Of a stretch of 64,000 bases of DNA, positions 61,001 to 64,000 are shown piece by piece. How positions within the stretch are numbered: position 1 is the stretch's first letter; the number at the start of each line of letters is the position of its first letter. This DNA comes from Eukaryota sp. TZLM1-RC (lineage: Eukaryota > Protista > Metamonada: BaSk clade). Under the pieces are notes generated by a model that saw only the letters and a program-made list of their open reading frames with translations, was not told the origin of the DNA and did not search any database. The stretch covers positions 1,922,001 through 1,986,000 of the forward strand of contig JAUPSS010000002.1 in the NCBI GenBank assembly GCA_040285825.1, read 5' to 3'. A program made the position numbers and the translations under genes.

Positions 61001-63556
61001 TTAGACACCTTCACAAAGTGGCAATATTTCTCTATAGGCCTGTCTAAATCCATCACAATCTTTGAACTTCAATGCTAATCCAACCCACTCCTCTGCGGTC
61101 TTATAATCAGTTAGCCTTGTGTAAAAAACACCATTATTCCAGGCTGAAATTCCAAACCAATTAACTTCTTCAGCAGTGAGAGCATCTATTAGAGTCAATG
61201 CCTTAACGTAGTATTGTTTACTAGATTGGCGATCAGTTGAAAGCTCAATTAGAGACTTTACCAAAAGAGCAACCGAAAAAGAGCCTTCCTTGTAATTGTC
61301 AAGACAAATTAATAGTAGTTTCACAATGAGATTGTGGTATGAAATCTTCAAAGCCTGATTATTCTGAAGAATTGCTAACAAATCAAAAGCCAACAATACA
61401 TTTTCAGAGATCAAATTGTCGATATACTGAAGGACTGGCTGGTCTTGAAGAATTAACATGACTTCAAGATTCAATAGAATGCAATTCTTTTTCTCTTTTT
61501 CAGAATCATTGTTTTTAATTCTTGAAAGTAATTGCTTTGCTTCAATTAGAGAATTATACAAAACAGAATTGGGTTCTGGCAAGGTGGAAATGGTTTGTTC
61601 GCGGATTTGTGTTAATCTAAGTTCCAAAAGAGCTAAAATACACTTTGTACTTGAGACATTCGCCAAAAGATTTGATACATCTTGGCGCAACTTCTTGTCT
61701 TCAATTGGAGGTAATTCTTCCACGATTTGAGCAAAGTGAAGACTCAATTGGAAGGCTTTCTCAGCGATGTCAATATGCTCAGAAGATTTGTGACAAACAC
61801 CCAAATTCCACAGAGTACCAAGAAACCAAGCTAGGTCTGCAGTTGATTTGGAGTTGAACACCTTGTTATTGTTGATTTCGTTTTGTAATCTTGAAAGTAA
61901 CTCACGGGTCAAGTTGGAATTATTTTCACTAATTTTGAATAAATGTCGATAAATTACTGAATAGTCGATATTATTATGTTCCATCTTGCCAAGACCAACA
62001 ACGTCTCAAAAGCAACAAAGAGCGGTAAACGATGTACTTGACGATTCATTATTCATAATTTTACTGTTTCTAGTTTTCCAAAGCTCTTGACTGATTGCAG
62101 CAAGAAGGGTTTCGGCAGTTTGGCTATCATCGACATTATTGATTGCAATTTCTTTTAATTGAATAATACCCTGTTCAGCGCTTACCGCCTCGCCCAAATA
62201 ATGGTGAATCAACACCTTTAACCAAAGTGTTTCAGGCTTATTTGGCTCCATGTGATCAGCATACTCTACATGTGAGAGAGCTTCCTGAAGTTCACCTTGA
62301 TCAAAGTAGGCTCTACTAAGGGTCCTCCGTAGCTTACATAGAGCTGCCACATCTGTTTCTGGAAGAATTTTTAACCCTCTTTTGATCCATTCGACTGCCA
62401 AAACTGATTGATTATTCTTTAAGGCCAAACTGATTTGTTTCCAGACAACTGTGTGCACAGGATCACTAGAACCAAGAACTGAGCAAGAATCTAATAAGAG
62501 AAACGCCTCTTGGTGTTTATTGGCAAGTGAATAAACATTCAAAAGCTTGGCTTTCGAAGTACTATTGGTTGAATCTCTATCAATGGCCGACAATAACAAC
62601 TTTTCTGCAGTGTCAAAGTCATTAAACTCCAAAGCCAAATCAACAGCAGAGGTATCTTGATTAGAATTAGTTATGGATTGGAATTCAAAAAGAGATTCTT
62701 TAGCTAATTCGGTTCGCTCTAATCGGTATAAAATCTTGGCACATAGCAGTAAACTTGTGCTGGACTGTTCAAGAGAAAGAGAATTTTCAACAACAGTCAA
62801 GGCCTGGTCAAGATGATTCTGATTGAAATGACAAATCGCTAATAATCGCAGAACTTTGGCTGTCCTAATGGGTTCTGATCCATCTGCAGCAGCCCCAGAA
62901 CCATCAATCAGCTCTGAACAAATACCGTAATGGCCCTCTTGGACCAATGAGGAAGCTGAATTATATACCATTGAAGTAAAATAAGATCTTTCAACTGAGC
63001 AGTCTAGTGAAGATTGTTCCTGGAAAAGATTGTTCAACTCCCGCGAAAGAGAATTCATTTCAGTAAAGTTTTTGGTTTTAAAATGGTAATCAAAATACCA
63101 TATCCTAGCGGCAAATATTGTCCGAAATACTTCAATAGTATTAGGCGAAAAAGAGCGCTCACAGAGTGAAAGTGTGGTGTTGTAGAAGTGTTGGCACTTG
63201 GCATCAATGGAGGAAGGATTGAGTGACGAGTCTTCTTGAGAAGTGGGACAATCTGAATAAAGTTTACCAAGCTTACTGGCAAATTTTGCGAGCTCCAAGG
63301 TGTCTTCACTTGGTTTAGCTGTAAATTGAATGATGGTGTAGGACGCTTCCCGCAAACGACATCCTAGTGAAGAATGTTTCAGTGAGGCAGGGAGCTGTAC
63401 ACATTGATTCCAGAGACGAAGTCCCAGATTACGATCCTGGGGACACAGTTTAGTTGTGTCATTTTTCAAATATTCCTCCAAAAGACAGAGCCGCTCATTG
63501 ATTATTCCAAGGTCTAGGTCCTTTTCCAATAACGGGGTAAGAAGATCGCTAAGCAT
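61001..63556 (-). CDS. ZIP4/SPO22/TEX11-like meiotic TPR protein, with an in-frame TGA at 62006-62008 or an atypical 33-nt intron at 62005-62037
   Basis: Two in-frame ORFs; TPR repeats; GLRLWN, LWNLG and the C-terminal EEVNWFGISAWNNGV..AEEWVGLAL typical of ZIP4/TEX11. Confidence 0.65.
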
Positions 63557-63602
63557 TTAGTTGCAGGGAAAATCACATTCAAGAATTCCAAGTTTGTTAT
63601 CT

Positions 63603-64000
63603 ATGTCGTTTCGCACTATTTCAGCAGCAGCAGGACAACCTATTCTTGCACCTGAAGAGCAGCTTTCTTTCTCACTGATGGATGTTGACATGAGAATTGA
63701 TGGAGATGCATGTGGTCTCGGAAATCTGTATGTAACTACCAATCGAATGTTGTTCATACCCGATGCATTTTCTCCTGATGCAATACACACCAAGGGATAC
63801 CTGTTTCCATACACCACGTTCATCACCTTTGGAACAGTACATGAAGGGTTGTATTTTCAATACTCATTGGAGAAGGACAAATTCTCCGAGTGTTTGATGA
63901 AGATGAAAACAGAGCAATCCAAGGTACTATTCGATGTTCTTACAGGTATTATGGAAGGTATTCCTCCAGAAGATGACTCCGAAGAAGATGACGTTATATT
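63603..64000 (+). CDS. pICln/CLNS1A-like (methylosome subunit), runs off the window
   Basis: Open frame not in the ORF track: GLGNLYVTTNRMLF..GYLFPY..LYFQ..LFDVL..PPEDDSEEDD. Confidence 0.65.
   Translation, partial: MSFRTISAAAGQPILAPEEQLSFSLMDVDMRIDGDACGLGNLYVTTNRMLFIPDAFSPDAIHTKGYLFPYTTFITFGTVHEGLYFQYSLEKDKFSECLMKMKTEQSKVLFDVLTGIMEGIPPEDDSEEDDVI

Noticed and set aside
4118-61857. Numerous short antisense or alternate-frame ORFs in the track
   Set aside because: These are shadows of real genes or of the repeated retroelements.
58896-62008. Stop-codon reassignment suggested by in-frame TAG (NmrA-like) and TGA (ZIP4-like)
   Set aside because: TAG, TGA and TAA all terminate conserved genes here (DNAL1 and SUMO TAG, VAP TGA, RPS23 TAA), and long ORFs contain no internal stops.
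1-64000. tRNA/rRNA genes
   Set aside because: No cloverleaf or rRNA-like conserved sequence was recognised.

Overview
This is an AT-rich, gene-dense eukaryotic window from a flagellated protist; the flagellar dynein LC1 gene and very short introns suggest a metamonad-like organism, but this is inference only. It uses the standard genetic code. Housekeeping genes include eIF3h, DNAL1, a GH38 alpha-mannosidase, a Cu(+)-ATPase, VAP, deoxyhypusine synthase, SUMO, CAF-1A, PSMA3, RPS23, a ZIP4/TEX11-like gene and a pICln-like gene. Several carry 28-34 nt spliceosomal introns whose branch point sits at a fixed distance from the 3' end, and one intron appears to end in TG. Mobile-element clusters lie between the genes. 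The main finding is four Fanzor-like (eukaryotic TnpB, RuvC D-E-D) loci from apparently three lineages, none with a visible transposase. One copy (54004-55966) is a single CT-repeat slip away from intact and has 3' hairpins that could be an omegaRNA. A second, decayed copy of the same family lies at 40.5-42.2 kb. A third is split by a young 1.1-kb gag-only LTR element, and a fourth contains a solo LTR of that same family. Also present are two or more CRE/R2-like RLE non-LTR families, one occurring as ~0.85-kb endonuclease-only units with clustered 5' ends that nest into the other family. A Gypsy remnant, a pogo/Tc2-like MITE, an unclassified dispersed repeat and a 648-bp tandem duplication complete the picture. 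All assignments come from motif recognition by eye; no database searches were run.
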